Shown here one piece after another: positions 1 to 10,900 of a stretch of DNA of 64,000 bases (position 1 is the first letter of the stretch; each line of letters begins with the position of its first letter). The notes beneath the pieces were generated by a model. It had not been told where the DNA came from. It worked only from the letters and a program-made list of their open reading frames with translations, and did not search any database. The stretch covers positions 25,551 through 89,550 of the forward strand of contig CAIJLV010000150.1 in NCBI GenBank assembly GCA_903821635.1, read 5' to 3'. The DNA is from an uncultured Verrucomicrobiota bacterium. GTDB taxonomy: Bacteria > Verrucomicrobiota > Verrucomicrobiia > Limisphaerales > UBA9464. The position numbers were made by a program, and so were the translations under genes.

Positions 1-524
1 CCACTGCCACGCTAAGCCTGCTCGACAACCGCTACTTTGAGCTCAGCAAGGCCGGGGTGGTTGCCAATCAGCACGGCAACTGGTCGCTGGGCGGCTTGCT
101 GCCGACACTGACCACCAATTTGCCTAGGGCGGAATTTTCCCTGACGGCGGCCACCACCGGCGGCTTGCCGTTGTCCTATGAGTGGTTCAAAGACGGCACC
201 AAGCTCCCCGGGCAAACTGGCGCCAAGCTCTCCATAGATCCGGTGACTCCCGCCGATGCCGGCACCTACACTTGTGTGGTGACGCGTTCGGATGGCAAGA
301 CCCGGACTTCGCCGCCGGGGGTCCTGACCGTGAAAGGCGGGATTGCCGATGAGGTTAGCGTCGTGTTCTCGGATGGGGCGCTGATCCTAGCTTGGCCGGC
401 CGGCGCGCAACTGCAACTCAGACCTTCGCTGGAGTCCGCCGATTGGCAGACAGTCAACGCGGTATCACCGGCCTCAATTTCGCCGACCAACGCCGCCGGA
501 TTTTTCCGGTGGATCGCCCCTTGA
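1..524 (+). CDS. C-terminal part of a secreted Ig-like (I-set) repeat protein; the 5' end lies outside the window
   Basis: The frame is open from base 3 up to the listed 57..524 ORF. It has an I-set-type signature 'YEWFKDGTKLPG...DAGTYTCVV...GVLTV'. It ends '...GFFRWIAP', like the C-terminus of the 1387-aa protein at 20822-24985. Confidence 0.6.
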   Translation, partial: TATLSLLDNRYFELSKAGVVANQHGNWSLGGLLPTLTTNLPRAEFSLTAATTGGLPLSYEWFKDGTKLPGQTGAKLSIDPVTPADAGTYTCVVTRSDGKTRTSPPGVLTVKGGIADEVSVVFSDGALILAWPAGAQLQLRPSLESADWQTVNAVSPASISPTNAAGFFRWIAP

Positions 525-590
525 GTCGCCGGCGGCCAAAACCGTGGAACGCCGCGCTGAAGTCGATGCTGCAGTGATTAGGAAAAGGGC

Positions 591-752
591 GTTGGAGTTA
601 ACCGATGTTTCCCACTGTGCACCGTCCTCACGAGCTGCCGCCGCCGCGGGCTCGATCCCTATGCCTACCTCAAGGACATCTTCACCCGCCTCCCCACCCT
701 GACCAACCGCTAGGTCGGCCAGATCATGCCGGCGTTCTGGGGTAAAAACGGC
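591..752 (+). mobile_element. IS66-family transposase 3'-terminal remnant (about 50 codons) with an in-frame TAG
   Basis: Translation gives '...CRRRGLDPYAYLKDIFTRLPTLTNR*VGQIMPAFWGK'. This matches the conserved IS66 transposase C-terminus (G-x-DPYAYL...LP...W). TAG at 711-713 sits where Gln is expected. No upstream transposase body is present. Confidence 0.6.
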
Positions 753-1039
753 CCGCCGCGCCGCCGCCGTGTCGCTGCTGGCCGAGTTCGGCGCGGATCA
801 GCACGGAGCGACGGGACGAACTCGTTTCCCGCCGCGCGCTTGAGCTTACTTCAACAGCCCGATCGGCCCGGTTCGCCGGACTACGCCGGCAGGAAGCGCC
901 CGAAGTCGCCGGCTCGGCCAACGACAGCCAGCGGTGGTTTGGCCTATATCAATGGCCGGCGCCGTAAGCAGTCGTGGGCTCACCTGGTAGCCTGCCACGT
1001 CTCACGCCACGTCTCATGCCATGATCCGTGCCATGAACG

Positions 1040-1285
1040 ATGGCATCATCACCATGGACGGCAGCGGGCGCTTTGGTGATCCCCATGGAAATCCGCACGT
1101 TGCTGCACCTCTCATCCGGGGCGGCCCTTCGCCCCGCAGTGGTCGGCAACCGCCTCGAATTGACGCCGGTGGAACCGCCCGGCCCCAAGCCCAAGCGCAA
1201 ATCGGGACTCATGGTCGTGCCGCGCACCAGGCAGGCGTTTGATGCCGTGGCCGCGCTAGCCGCCACGAGGGAATCGCGCCCCTGA
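1040..1285 (+). CDS. AbrB/SpoVT-type antitoxin (VapB-like)
   Basis: 'GALVIPMEIRTLLHLSSGAALRPAVVGNRLELTPVE' parallels the intact antitoxin at 18455-18706 ('KGQLVIPSRFRLALHLQPGDKVALALEGDRLVIE'). Its stop overlaps the putative CTG start of the downstream PIN ORF. Confidence 0.55.
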   Translation: MASSPWTAAGALVIPMEIRTLLHLSSGAALRPAVVGNRLELTPVEPPGPKPKRKSGLMVVPRTRQAFDAVAALAATRESRP

Positions 1286-1704
1286 GGGAGTTCTTTGACA
1301 GCTCCACGCTGCTGGCAGCGATGGTTGAGGATGAAGCCGGCCATGAGACCGCGCTGGCCGCGCTTTCAACCACCCAAGACGGTTAAGTCGCCACCCACTC
1401 TTTGACCGAATGGTTCGCCATCCTCACCGACGGGCGTAGGCCGGCCCGCCTGACTCCGGCCATCGCAGCGGAAATGGTGGAAGTCAATTTGCCCCAGCGC
1501 TTGAACTTGGTCTCCCTGACTTCCTCTGAGTATGCGGCCGTGTTTCAGGCCGCAGCCTCCGTTGGGGCCCGGGGAGGCGCCATCTACGCTATGTTGCTGT
1601 TGGCAGCGGCGCGAAAATGCCGAGCCGAACGCATCCATACGCTTAACCTTCGGCATTTTTCGGCCTTTGCGCCGGACTTGAGGGAACAGCTTCACCAAGA
1701 ATAG
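1282..1704 (+). pseudogene. PIN-domain toxin (VapC-like) interrupted by an in-frame TAA
   Basis: The same frame reads 'FFDSSTLLAAMVEDEAGHETALAALSTTQDG' + TAA (1384-1386) + 'VATHSLTEWFAILTDG...GGAIYAMLLLAAARKCRAERIHTLNLRHF'. This is typical PIN architecture. The usually conserved Asp in 'IYD' is Ala (codon at about 1588). Confidence 0.6.
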
Positions 1705-1826
1705 GCCAACGGGCTAATCGCGCACCGGGCACCAACGGCGGGCCGCGGGATGGCGCACGAGTTCAAGGATGGGGTTCATGGCTATTTTCCTTCGAAGGTG
1801 TCGAGCAACCGGCGCAGTTAGCTGAC

Positions 1827-2213
1827 TTACGCCGCGGACGGCTTCCGTCCGGCCAAGGCATGCAGGACCAGCTTCTGGGCCGAGCCGCCAAAGGCGCGTT
1901 TCAACAGGTCATCCACCAACTGCCGCTGGGTCGTGATCTCGGGGATGGCCGGCGTGAACACGTGGGTTCGTGCCGAATCATCGCGGGTCACCAGACCCTT
2001 CTCCGTGATGATCTGGAGCCGCTTGAGCACGGTGGTGTCACCGGTGTCGGCGCCCAGCTCTTCGACCACTTGCCGGACCGTGCTGGCGCCAAGATGCCAG
2101 AGCACCCGAAGAATCAGCAGCTCCGACTCGGGTCGGTCGGGCAATAGGTTTGGAAGGCACGCGCCCTTGAATGCGAATTCCTCCGTAGAAACGACCGACT
2201 CCAAGCCACCCAA
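1827..2213 (-). CDS. BlaI/MecI/CopY-family transcriptional repressor
   Basis: Winged-helix N-terminus 'ESELLILRVLWHLGASTVRQVVEELG...TTVLKRLQIITEKGLVTRD..RTHVFTP', as in the penicillinase-repressor family. No BlaR1-type sensor gene is adjacent. The start codon is uncertain. Confidence 0.65.
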   Translation of the reverse strand: MGGLESVVSTEEFAFKGACLPNLLPDRPESELLILRVLWHLGASTVRQVVEELGADTGDTTVLKRLQIITEKGLVTRDDSARTHVFTPAIPEITTQRQLVDDLLKRAFGGSAQKLVLHALAGRKPSAA

Positions 2214-2230
2214 CGGGGAACAAGTGCCGA

Positions 2231-3067
2231 TCAGTCGAAGATCACCGTGCGGTTACCGCACAGGAAGACGCGATCCTCGAAGACCAATCGCAGCGCCCGG
2301 GCGAGGACCATCTGCTCCACGTCGCGGCCGGCCAGGACGAGGTCTTCGGCTGCGTGCGTGTGGTCCACGGGCACGACCTGCTGAACGATGATCGGGCCGG
2401 CGTCGAGTTCGTCGGTGACGAAATGGGCGGTGGCGCCGATGACCTTCACGCCGCGTTCAAAGGCCTGATGATACGGCCGCGCGCCGGCAAAGGCGGGCAG
2501 GAAGCTGTGGTGGATGTTCACCAGCCGGGCGGGAAACTGCCCGACGAACTTCGGGCTGAGCACGCGCATGTATTTCGCCAGCACCACGTAGTCGGGCCGA
2601 TAGCGCTGGACCATGTTAAGCACCTCGGCCTCGTGGACCTCGCGGGGCAGTTCGCCATGGGGCAAGTGGTGGAAGGGCAAATCGAACTTCCGCACCAGCG
2701 GTTCCAGCGTCGCGTGGTTGGCGATCACTGCGAGGACGTGGGCGTTCAGTTCCTTGAACAAGTGCCGCACGATGATGTCCGCGAGGCAGTGATGCTCCTT
2801 GGAAGCCAGCACCACGACCCGCTTGGGTTCCAAGTGCGACAGGCGGACCTCGGCCTGTTCCGGCAGCACGGCGCGCACCGCGGCCAAAAGCTCCGCTCCA
2901 TTGACCGCACCGTCGAACTCAGTGCGCATGAAGAAGCGGCGGGAAGCTCGATCCACAAACTCCAGGTTCCCCACGACGTTGACGCCCAAGCGGAACAGCA
3001 CGCCGGTGATGCCGTGGACCAAGCCGGGCCGGTCGGGACATTCGACAAGCAGGACGGAGGATTTCAT
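2231..3067 (-). CDS. purU: Formyltetrahydrofolate deformylase
   Basis: N-terminal ACT domain ('MKSSVLLVECPDRPGLVHGITGVLFRLGVNV') followed by a formyltransferase core ('IANHATL','NIHHSFLPAFAGARPYHQA','GATAHFVTDELDAGPII'). I chose the ATG at 3067; the 327-aa track ORF carries a spurious 5' extension. Confidence 0.9.
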   Translation of the reverse strand: MKSSVLLVECPDRPGLVHGITGVLFRLGVNVVGNLEFVDRASRRFFMRTEFDGAVNGAELLAAVRAVLPEQAEVRLSHLEPKRVVVLASKEHHCLADIIVRHLFKELNAHVLAVIANHATLEPLVRKFDLPFHHLPHGELPREVHEAEVLNMVQRYRPDYVVLAKYMRVLSPKFVGQFPARLVNIHHSFLPAFAGARPYHQAFERGVKVIGATAHFVTDELDAGPIIVQQVVPVDHTHAAEDLVLAGRDVEQMVLARALRLVFEDRVFLCGNRTVIFD

Positions 3068-3113
3068 GGCCAGACTCGGGACCGCAAAGGCACGCCGGCT
3101 TCGGGGATCGCTT

Positions 3114-3887
3114 TCACAGCCCCAGCTTCTCGTAAAGCTTCGCCAAACGACGCCCGTGTTCGTCGTAGGCGGCCTCGAACAATTCCGTGGCGCGAGCCTT
3201 GCCAACGAGCACACCCGCCGTGAGCACCTTGGGCGGCTGGCCCGCGGCGGTGAGGCGGGCGGCGACTTCGGCCTTGATGGAGTTCACCAGCAGGCAACCG
3301 CCCACCGTGGAGCCAGGCGAAACCGGCGTGTCGAGGCCAGGCACCTTAACCATCGCGTCGCCCACCGGCGCGCCGGTATCGAGCACGAGGTCGGCGAAGT
3401 CCTGTAGCTTCTTGCCGTCGGCCCGCTGGCTAGTGCTCGCCTCGCTGTGCGCCTGAGAAATGATCGCCACCACCTTGACGCCGCGTTGCTGGAAGCCTTC
3501 CGCCATCTCGATGGGCACGACGTTGCAACCACTGGACGAGATGACGAGCGCGGAATCGAGCGGCGACAGGTCGTAATTCCGCAGGATCCGGGCGGCGAGG
3601 CCGGGAACGTTTTCGAGGAACATCGCCTGCCGTTGGCCGTTCGCCCCGACGACCAGATTGTGGAAGCTGAGCGAGAGCTCGACGATGGGATTGAACCCGG
3701 GAAAGGAGCCGTAACGCGGCCACATCTCTTCGACCATGATCCGGGAGTGGCCGGAGCCGAAGACATGCACCATGCGCCCGGCGAGAATGGTGGCGGCAAA
3801 TCGTTCGGCCACCAGCCGAAGGGCGGGCGTCTGGCGTTCCACGGTGTCAACGAGCGTGCGGCACTGGGCGAGGTAATCGGCGATCAC
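3114..3887 (-). CDS. SIS (sugar isomerase) domain protein, UPF0309-like
   Basis: 'GRMVHVFGSGHSRIMVEEM', 'ALVISSSGCNVVPIEMA' and 'VKVVAIIS' are typical of SIS-domain proteins of about 250 aa. Confidence 0.7.
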   Translation of the reverse strand: MIADYLAQCRTLVDTVERQTPALRLVAERFAATILAGRMVHVFGSGHSRIMVEEMWPRYGSFPGFNPIVELSLSFHNLVVGANGQRQAMFLENVPGLAARILRNYDLSPLDSALVISSSGCNVVPIEMAEGFQQRGVKVVAIISQAHSEASTSQRADGKKLQDFADLVLDTGAPVGDAMVKVPGLDTPVSPGSTVGGCLLVNSIKAEVAARLTAAGQPPKVLTAGVLVGKARATELFEAAYDEHGRRLAKLYEKLGL

Positions 3888-4047
3888 GGGCCGTTGCTAC
3901 CGGAGGGGAGCCCGCCCTGACAATGCCACGGATTGGCACGCTGCCCGACTTCCCCGCGTGGCCACCCGGCCAGTGAACCGCAAAGGATGAGTGGCGGCTT
4001 CCATTTCCCAGCATTATACGAGCTCTGGAATCGCAACCACCCGCCTT

Positions 4048-5403
4048 ATGAAAATTCTCGTCGGAACCGATTTCAGTCCCAACGCCGCCGATGCGATCAA
4101 GGTCGCCGCCGCGCTAGCCCGGCGCTTCAACGATGGTCTCCACTTGGTTCACGCCACGCAGCCCCCCCTCTTGGAAGGGGGCCCCGATCCGTTGTGGGAT
4201 CCCTTGGTCACTGGCCTGCGCGACCGGATGCAGCTCGAAGTCACCGCGTTGCAGGCGGCCACTCCCAAGGCGACGGGCAGCGTGGAAATCGGGCCAGCAG
4301 ACAGCGTGTTCAAACACCTAGCCCGCCCCGGTCAGGCGCGCTTGGTCGTGGTCTCTTCAGTGGGCCGGGTCGCCCTGACCCGAGTGCTGCTGGGCAGCAC
4401 GGCCGAGCGCATCGCCGAGGCGGCGGCCGTGCCCACGCTGGTCACCCGCACGACGGCTCCGTTTCGCGAATGGGCCGCTGGCCAGCGCCCCCTTCGCGTG
4501 TTCGTGGCGTGTGACTTCACTCTCGCCAGCGACGCCGCGCTCGCCTTCGCCGGCGAACTGGCCGCGCACGGCCCGTGCGATTTGTCGGTCGGCTACGTGG
4601 ACGATCGCACCCTCGACGGCGCCCCGGACGCCCCCCCAGCGCCAGCCACGCCCGCCGCTTGGGCCGCAACTTGGCGCCGTGATCTGGGGGAAAAGGTGGC
4701 CGCCATGCTCGGCGAACACCGGGTGCAATTGCTGGTGGAAGCGGGCGTCAACAACCCCGCGGGCACGCTCATCGAGCTGGCCAAGGCGACCCAGGCGGAC
4801 CTGCTCGTGGTCGGCACCAACCAACATCACGGCTTATCCCGGCTGTGGCACCGTTCCACGTCCCGGGCGCTGCTCAACGATGCCCCCATGAGCGTGGCCT
4901 GCGTGCCGGTGGCCGGCCACCCGCCGGTCCCGACGAACGTGCCCGTGCTCAGCCGGGTGCTCGTCACCACCGACTTTTCACCCGTGGGTAACCGGGCCGT
5001 GGTCGCCGCCTGTGCGCTGCTGCCCAACGGAGGCCGCCTGCGCCTCTTTCACGCGCTCACCCAGCAACAGTCGCCGATGACCGCGCTGTTCGGCGGGGGC
5101 AAGCGGCCCACCTTGTCGCCGGGCGAACACCGCCGCCTGCTGCAAAGCGCCCGCAAGAAACTCGGCGCCCTCGTTCCCGCGGCCGCGCTTCAACACGGGG
5201 TGACGGTGGAGGTCGTGGTGGAACCCGTCACCCACGTGGCGGCCGCCATTCTGCGCCAAGCCGAGCAATTCGGCGCCCACGTCATCTGCCTGAGTTCGCA
5301 TGGCCGCACCGGACTCGCCGGGGCGGTGTTTGGCTCGGTGGCCGCCGACGTGGTGGCCCAAAGTCACCGTCCCGTGCATCTCGTTCGGCTGTCGCCCACG
5401 TGA
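4048..5403 (+). CDS. Multi-domain universal stress protein (tandem UspA domains)
   Basis: Usp-like units recur: '[24 protein letters not shown]...', '[18 protein letters not shown]...' and '[20 protein letters not shown]...[18 protein letters not shown]'. Start is the ATG at 4048. Confidence 0.75.
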   Translation: MKILVGTDFSPNAADAIKVAAALARRFNDGLHLVHATQPPLLEGGPDPLWDPLVTGLRDRMQLEVTALQAATPKATGSVEIGPADSVFKHLARPGQARLVVVSSVGRVALTRVLLGSTAERIAEAAAVPTLVTRTTAPFREWAAGQRPLRVFVACDFTLASDAALAFAGELAAHGPCDLSVGYVDDRTLDGAPDAPPAPATPAAWAATWRRDLGEKVAAMLGEHRVQLLVEAGVNNPAGTLIELAKATQADLLVVGTNQHHGLSRLWHRSTSRALLNDAPMSVACVPVAGHPPVPTNVPVLSRVLVTTDFSPVGNRAVVAACALLPNGGRLRLFHALTQQQSPMTALFGGGKRPTLSPGEHRRLLQSARKKLGALVPAAALQHGVTVEVVVEPVTHVAAAILRQAEQFGAHVICLSSHGRTGLAGAVFGSVAADVVAQSHRPVHLVRLSPT

Positions 5404-5521
5404 GCGGCCCCACGGGAATTTTAGGGGTGTCGGGTTGCGCCCCGTTCCAACTGACGCATTCTTTCACGCGGTCGGCCTCGCCTACCCCGGGGCTCAAGTT
5501 CCGCCGCCGTCTTTTAAGCTC

Positions 5522-6634
5522 ATGAAATCACTCCAAGTCACGCTGGCTCTTGCCGGACTGTTGGGCGTAGTCGGGTTGGGATTTTTCCTGCGCGACGGTC
5601 CTGTCCCCCGCCCGGTGTCCCCCGCCGCGCCGCTCACCGCGGCCCTGTCTCCCCACTCCATGAACGACTTCCAGAAGCCCGCTGCTGCCGAACTGAAGCG
5701 CCAACTGACACCCGAGCAGTTTGCCGTCACCCAGCAGTGCGGCACCGAGCCACCGTTTCGCAACGCCTACTGGGACAACCATCGGCCTGGGCTCTACGTG
5801 GACGTAGTGTCGGGCGAACCCTTGTTCAGCTCGCTCGACAAGTTCGATTCCGGCAGTGGCTGGCCGAGTTTTACCCGCCCGGTGGTCGCCGAAGCGGTGG
5901 CTGAAAAAGAAGACCGGGCGCACGGTATGCAGCGGACCGAAGTTCGCTCCAAACGGGCCGACTCGCATCTCGGCCACCTGTTTGATGACGGTCCGGGGCC
6001 CACCCAACTCCGCTACTGCATCAACTCAGCGTCCTTGCGTTTTATCCCGGTCGAAAAACTGGAAGCGGAAGGTTACGGCGCGCACCTCGGTCCCTTTGTC
6101 CAAGCTGGCTTGATCAAGCCGGGCGTCGCGCCCGCGGTCGGCCCCGCCCAACGCGAAACCGCAGTCCTCGCCGGAGGCTGCTTCTGGGGCGTGGAGGAAA
6201 TCCTGCGGAAGATTCCCGGCGTGCTCGAAACGGCGGTCGGCTACACCGGCGGCACGATCAAGAATCCCTCCTACGAACTCGTGTGCACCGGCCGTTCGGG
6301 TCATGCCGAGGCCATCCGCATCGTGTTCGACCCGGTCCAACTGAGCTACGAAACGCTGCTGGGATTCTTCTTCCGCATGCACGACCCGACGACGCTCAAC
6401 CGCCAACACAACGACGTCGGCCCGCAGTATCGCTCGGCCATCTACTTCACGGAGGAAACCCAAAAAGCCACCGCTGAGAGAGTGAAGGCGCAGTTCGACC
6501 GATCCGGGCGCTTCCAACGCCCCATCGTGACGGAGATCACCGCCGCGGCGGAATTCTACCCGGCAGAGGCTTACCACCAGAAATACCTGATCAAGCATCC
6601 CGGCGGCTACAACTGCCACGTGCTCACGGATTGA
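5522..6634 (+). CDS. Bifunctional methionine sulfoxide reductase (N-terminal MsrB/SelR domain, C-terminal MsrA domain) with an N-terminal signal or anchor
   Basis: MsrB motifs '[28 protein letters not shown]' and '[11 protein letters not shown]'. MsrA motif '[18 protein letters not shown]...GYTGG'. Hydrophobic N-terminus '[19 protein letters not shown]'. Confidence 0.9.
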   Translation: MKSLQVTLALAGLLGVVGLGFFLRDGPVPRPVSPAAPLTAALSPHSMNDFQKPAAAELKRQLTPEQFAVTQQCGTEPPFRNAYWDNHRPGLYVDVVSGEPLFSSLDKFDSGSGWPSFTRPVVAEAVAEKEDRAHGMQRTEVRSKRADSHLGHLFDDGPGPTQLRYCINSASLRFIPVEKLEAEGYGAHLGPFVQAGLIKPGVAPAVGPAQRETAVLAGGCFWGVEEILRKIPGVLETAVGYTGGTIKNPSYELVCTGRSGHAEAIRIVFDPVQLSYETLLGFFFRMHDPTTLNRQHNDVGPQYRSAIYFTEETQKATAERVKAQFDRSGRFQRPIVTEITAAAEFYPAEAYHQKYLIKHPGGYNCHVLTD

Positions 6635-6722
6635 GCCGCGGGCGGGTCAGTCGGTCAGCCGGCGGGACGAGTTCCGCCAGCTTTGCCTTTCCGGGGCGGG
6701 ACGCTTTGGCAATCCTCCGCCC

Positions 6723-7661
6723 ATGCCTCGCAAGCTCAGCGCCATCGCTCCCGATTGGTGGGACTACACCACGCTCGATTCCAAACTCATCGACGACGCC
6801 GCACGCCTCACGCCGGAGAAACTGGCCAAACTGTCCCGGCCCGGCTTCAAAATCGTTTTTTACGATACGCTCGAAGACTTCTACCTCGCCGAAGCCCTCG
6901 AATACATCACCGCTTGGCGCCAGAGCACACCCGATAATCCAGTCGGCCTCTGCGGCCCCATCGGCCCCACGGAACAACTCCCCCTCGTGGCCCGGCTCGT
7001 CAACGCGCTCGGCCTGCAACTGGGCTCGGCTCATTTTTGGGGTATGGACGAGTGGTTCGACGGCGCAACCGGCCGCGAAACTCCGGTGACGCATCCGCTC
7101 TCGTTTGAGCGGGCGGACCGCGAATTGTGCTTCAATCGCATTGATCGGAAACTGCGTCCGCCCGAGGCCAACCTGCATTTCCCCAAGGGCGACCCGACCG
7201 CCTATCGCGCCTCGTGGAACGCGGGCGTCCGCTGCGCCGTCATGCAAGGCGGCCAAGGCGACACCAAACACTGGGCCTTTAACGACCCCCTGCCCCGGCG
7301 CGGCAAGTGGAAGCACGAGCCGCCGACCGCCGCCGAATACCGCAAGCTAGCGACGCGGGTCGTGGACCTCCATCCGCTCACGCTCGCGCAAAACGCCCGC
7401 ACCAGCGGCGGCGGCAACATCACGATGGTGCCCACCCAAGCCATCACCGTTGGCCCCGTCGAGACGTGGCAGGCGGACAAGGTCTCCATCTGGCAGGCCG
7501 GCAGCCACGACAACCCGCTCGGCCAGCGGCTCACTGCGCTAATGATTTCCCAGCGCCTCGTGGACACGTCGGTGCCCCTGTCGCTGCTCGCCGACCATCC
7601 CAACGTGCAGTTCAACTACTACCGCGGCGGACTCGGAAGTTGCGCGGTGGAAATGCACTGA
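6723..7661 (+). CDS. Glucosamine-6-phosphate deaminase/isomerase-like (NagB/6-phosphogluconolactonase superfamily) protein
   Basis: Length and the N-terminal pattern '[21 protein letters not shown]...[15 protein letters not shown]...FWGMDEW' resemble NagB-like proteins. The assignment rests on motif recollection only. Confidence 0.5.
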   Translation: MPRKLSAIAPDWWDYTTLDSKLIDDAARLTPEKLAKLSRPGFKIVFYDTLEDFYLAEALEYITAWRQSTPDNPVGLCGPIGPTEQLPLVARLVNALGLQLGSAHFWGMDEWFDGATGRETPVTHPLSFERADRELCFNRIDRKLRPPEANLHFPKGDPTAYRASWNAGVRCAVMQGGQGDTKHWAFNDPLPRRGKWKHEPPTAAEYRKLATRVVDLHPLTLAQNARTSGGGNITMVPTQAITVGPVETWQADKVSIWQAGSHDNPLGQRLTALMISQRLVDTSVPLSLLADHPNVQFNYYRGGLGSCAVEMH

Positions 7662-7905
7662 ATCGTTCGCAAAGCGGGCCCAAGTCTGAAATTGAACCCG
7701 CCACCGGCCCCCCTAGCCGCCAGCGGGCCGAGTCGCACTCGACGGCTACGAACGGACTGAAATTGCAGGCCGGCGAGCCGACTTCGAAGCCGGGCGCCGA
7801 ACGGCGCCGAACGACCGCCCCACGGCCGGCGTGGCTCCCTGCATTGAATCGGCCCAATCCGCTCCTTGCGTCGTCGCGCGCCGACCATATCGTCGCGCGT
7901 CTTTT

Positions 7906-10900
7906 ATGCCTGAATCCGTCCGCACCCTGCTGCGCCGTGCCGTGCTTGGCGCCTTGGCCGTTTCCGCCACCACCCATGCCTTCGCCCAGCATCAACTGGG
8001 CCCGCAGGGCAGCTTTGAGGCGCCCAAACTCGCGCCGCGTTCCGACGAAGGCGAAAAGAACATCAAGCGCTTCCAAGTGCCGCCGGGCTGGAAGGTGGAG
8101 CTCTGGGCCGCCGAGCCCGACGTGGCTCACGGCGTCGCCTTCGACCTCGCCAACGACGGCCGTGTGTTTGTCGCGGAATCGTTCCGCGCCTGGCGGGGCG
8201 TGCCGGACATCCGCGGCATCATGCCGTGGCTCGACGAAGATCTGGCCTGCAAGTCGGTGGACGACCGCTTGATGATGATGAAACGCCACCTCGGCGAGGA
8301 AGGCATGAAGGATTACTACCGCAACACCGAGCGCGTCCGTTACCTGCGCGACGAAACCGGCGCCGGCAAGGCCACGGTCTCGAAGGTGTTCGCCGAGAAC
8401 TTCGCCACGCCGCTCGACGGCGTCGCCTCCGGCGTGCTGGCCCGCGGCAAGGATGTCTATTTTGCCAACATTCCGAACGTCTGGCACCTCCGCGACGAGA
8501 ACCTCGACGGTCTCGCCGACGCCCGCCGCAGCATCAGCTACGGCCACGGCGTGCGGGTGGGCTTCCTCGGCCATGACCTTCACGGCCTCACTTGGGGACC
8601 GGACGGAAAACTCTACTTCAGCATTGGTGACCGGGCCTCGGTGCTGAAGACGCCGAATGGCGACGTGGGCACGCCCGACTGCGGCGCCGTGTTCCGCTGC
8701 AATGCCGACGGCTCGAACATCGAGATGATTTACAAGGGCCTGCGTAATCCGCAGGAACTGGTTTTCGACGAATGGGGCAACCTCTTCACCGGCGATAACA
8801 ACTCCGACGGCGGCGACCAAGCCCGCTGGACTTACCTGATCGAAGGCGGCGACAGCGGTTGGCGCATCGGCTGGCAGTTCCTCGAACGTTCCGACGCCCC
8901 GATGCCGCGCGGCCCGTGGAACATGGAGAAGATGTGGGCGCCGCAGAACGAGGCGCACCCGGCCTACATCACCCCGCCAATCAAAAACATCACCGCCGGC
9001 CCGAGCGGCAATGCCTATTACCCCGGCACCGGCCTGGGCGCGGAGTGGCAGGGCACGTTCACGCTGTGCGATTTCCGCGGCAGCGGCAGCGGTTCGGGCA
9101 TCATGCAATTCAAGCATCAGCCCAAGGGCGCGAGCTTCGAGCTCGTCGAGGACAAGAAGATGATTTGGGCGGTCGAAGCCACGGACGGCACCTGGGGACC
9201 GGACGGCGCCTACTGGGTGCTCGACTGGGTGGACGGCTGGGAACCGGTCGGCAAAGGCCGCATCTACCGGATGTATGATCCGAACACGATCAATTCTCCG
9301 GTCGTCAAAGAGACCCAGAAGCTGCTCGCGTCCGACTTCTCGGCGAAGAAAGACGGAGAACTCCTGAAGCTGCTGGCCCACGCCAATTACCGGGTCCGCC
9401 AGACCGCGCAGTTTGAACTCGCCGGGCGCGGCGAAAAACAGACCGGCACCTTGGCCAAGCTCGCCAAATCCTCCGCCAGCCGGCACGCCCGGCTGCACGC
9501 AATCTGGGGTTTGGGCCAAATCGCAAACGCCAGCCACGCCACGAAGGAAGGCGCGAAATCCGACGCCCTTGAGGCGATTAACAGCCTCGCCGCAGATCAC
9601 GAAGCCCACGTCCGCGCCAACGTCGCCCGGGTGCTGGGCGACGCGAAGTATCAGCCGGCCTACGCCGCGCTGCTGAAACTCACCACCGACAACGACGCCC
9701 ACGTCCGCGCGCTCGGCACGATTGCCCTCGGCAAGCTCGGCCGCCGCGAAGCGATTCCAGCCGTCTTCGCCGTGCTCAAGGCCAACGCCGACCGGGATCC
9801 CCACCTGCGCCACGCGGCCGTAACCGCCTTGGTCGCCTGCAACGATTTCGACGCCCTCCAAGCCGCCGCCAAGGATCCGCACGATTCCGTCCGCATGGGC
9901 GTGTTGTTGGCCCTGCGACGGCTGCAACGGAACGAGATCAGCAGCTTCCTGAACGACGCCAATCCGAAGCTCGTCACCGAAGCCGCCCGGGCGATCAATG
10001 ACGAACCGATCCCGGGCGCGATGGATAACCTAGCCGCCCTGATCGCGCAGCCGCTGGACAACCAAAACGACGCCCTCGTCCGCCGCGTGGTGAATGCAAA
10101 TTACCGCTTCGGCACCAAAGAAACCGCCCAAGCGATGGCGCAGTTCGCCACGCGCACCACCGGCACGGAGGCTCAGCGGGCGGAAGCCTTGGAAGCCCTG
10201 AGCGCGTGGCCCAAGAACGGGGGCCGTGATCGCATCAGCGGCCTGTGGCGCCCCACCGCCTTTGCCCGGGATGCCCAAGTCCCCGGTCAAGCCATCCAAC
10301 CCGTGCTCAACACGCTGCTGGCTTCGGCTCCCGAGCGGGTTCGCACCGCCGCCGCCACCGCCGCCGGCGAATTGCAGGTCAAGGAATCCGCCGCCGCCCT
10401 CGGCCGGCTGGTGCTGGAAAAACAAGGCAGCGCCCGCACCCGCGTGGCCGCCTTGACCGCTTTGTCGAAATTGCAGACCGCCGACTACGCCACCGCCTTG
10501 GCCGCCGCGCAAAACGATGCGGAAGAACTCGTCCGCAAAGCGGCATTGAAGCTGTCGGTGGACGTCCCGCCCACCGCGGGCACTTCGGCCTCGGCTCCCG
10601 CCGCTGATCCGACCGCCAAACTGGCCGCGGTCATCACCGCCGGCACGACCGCGGAAAAGCAGGGTGCTTTTGCCGCCTTGGCCAAAGTGCCGGGAGCGGC
10701 CGCCGACGCCTTGGCCGGCAAGTGGCTGGGTGATTTGCTCGCCGGCCGGGTGACGCCCGAACTGCAACTCGACGTGCTCGAAGCTGCGAATGCCCGCCCG
10801 GCGTTGAAAACGGAGGTGGAAAAATGGCGCGCTGCCCACACCAAGAAATCGGATTTCGATACCACCCCGTGGAAACTCACGCTGGCGGGTGGGAATGCGG

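Noticed and set aside
12-215. Small ORFs overlapping the Ig-protein gene and the many 60-130-aa ORFs across 700-1350, 15000-16600 and 39500-40500
   Set aside because: They have no motifs, overlap one another in several frames, and have an Arg/Pro/Gly-biased composition typical of random frames in GC-rich sequence.
1704-1769. 21-codon minus-strand ORF (MNPILELVRHPAARRWCPVRD) downstream of the BlaI-type repressor as a relic of a BlaR1-type sensor
   Set aside because: It is too short to evaluate, and no M56 peptidase motif (HExxH) or TM segments are present. I cannot support it from sequence alone.
7612-9927. 771-aa minus-strand ORF antisense to the heme/HEAT protein gene (and similarly 10030..11070 and 11808..12989)
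   Set aside because: The translation is Gly/Arg/Ala/Val-rich with no motifs and lies entirely opposite a gene with strong family signatures. These are typical shadow ORFs in high-GC DNA.
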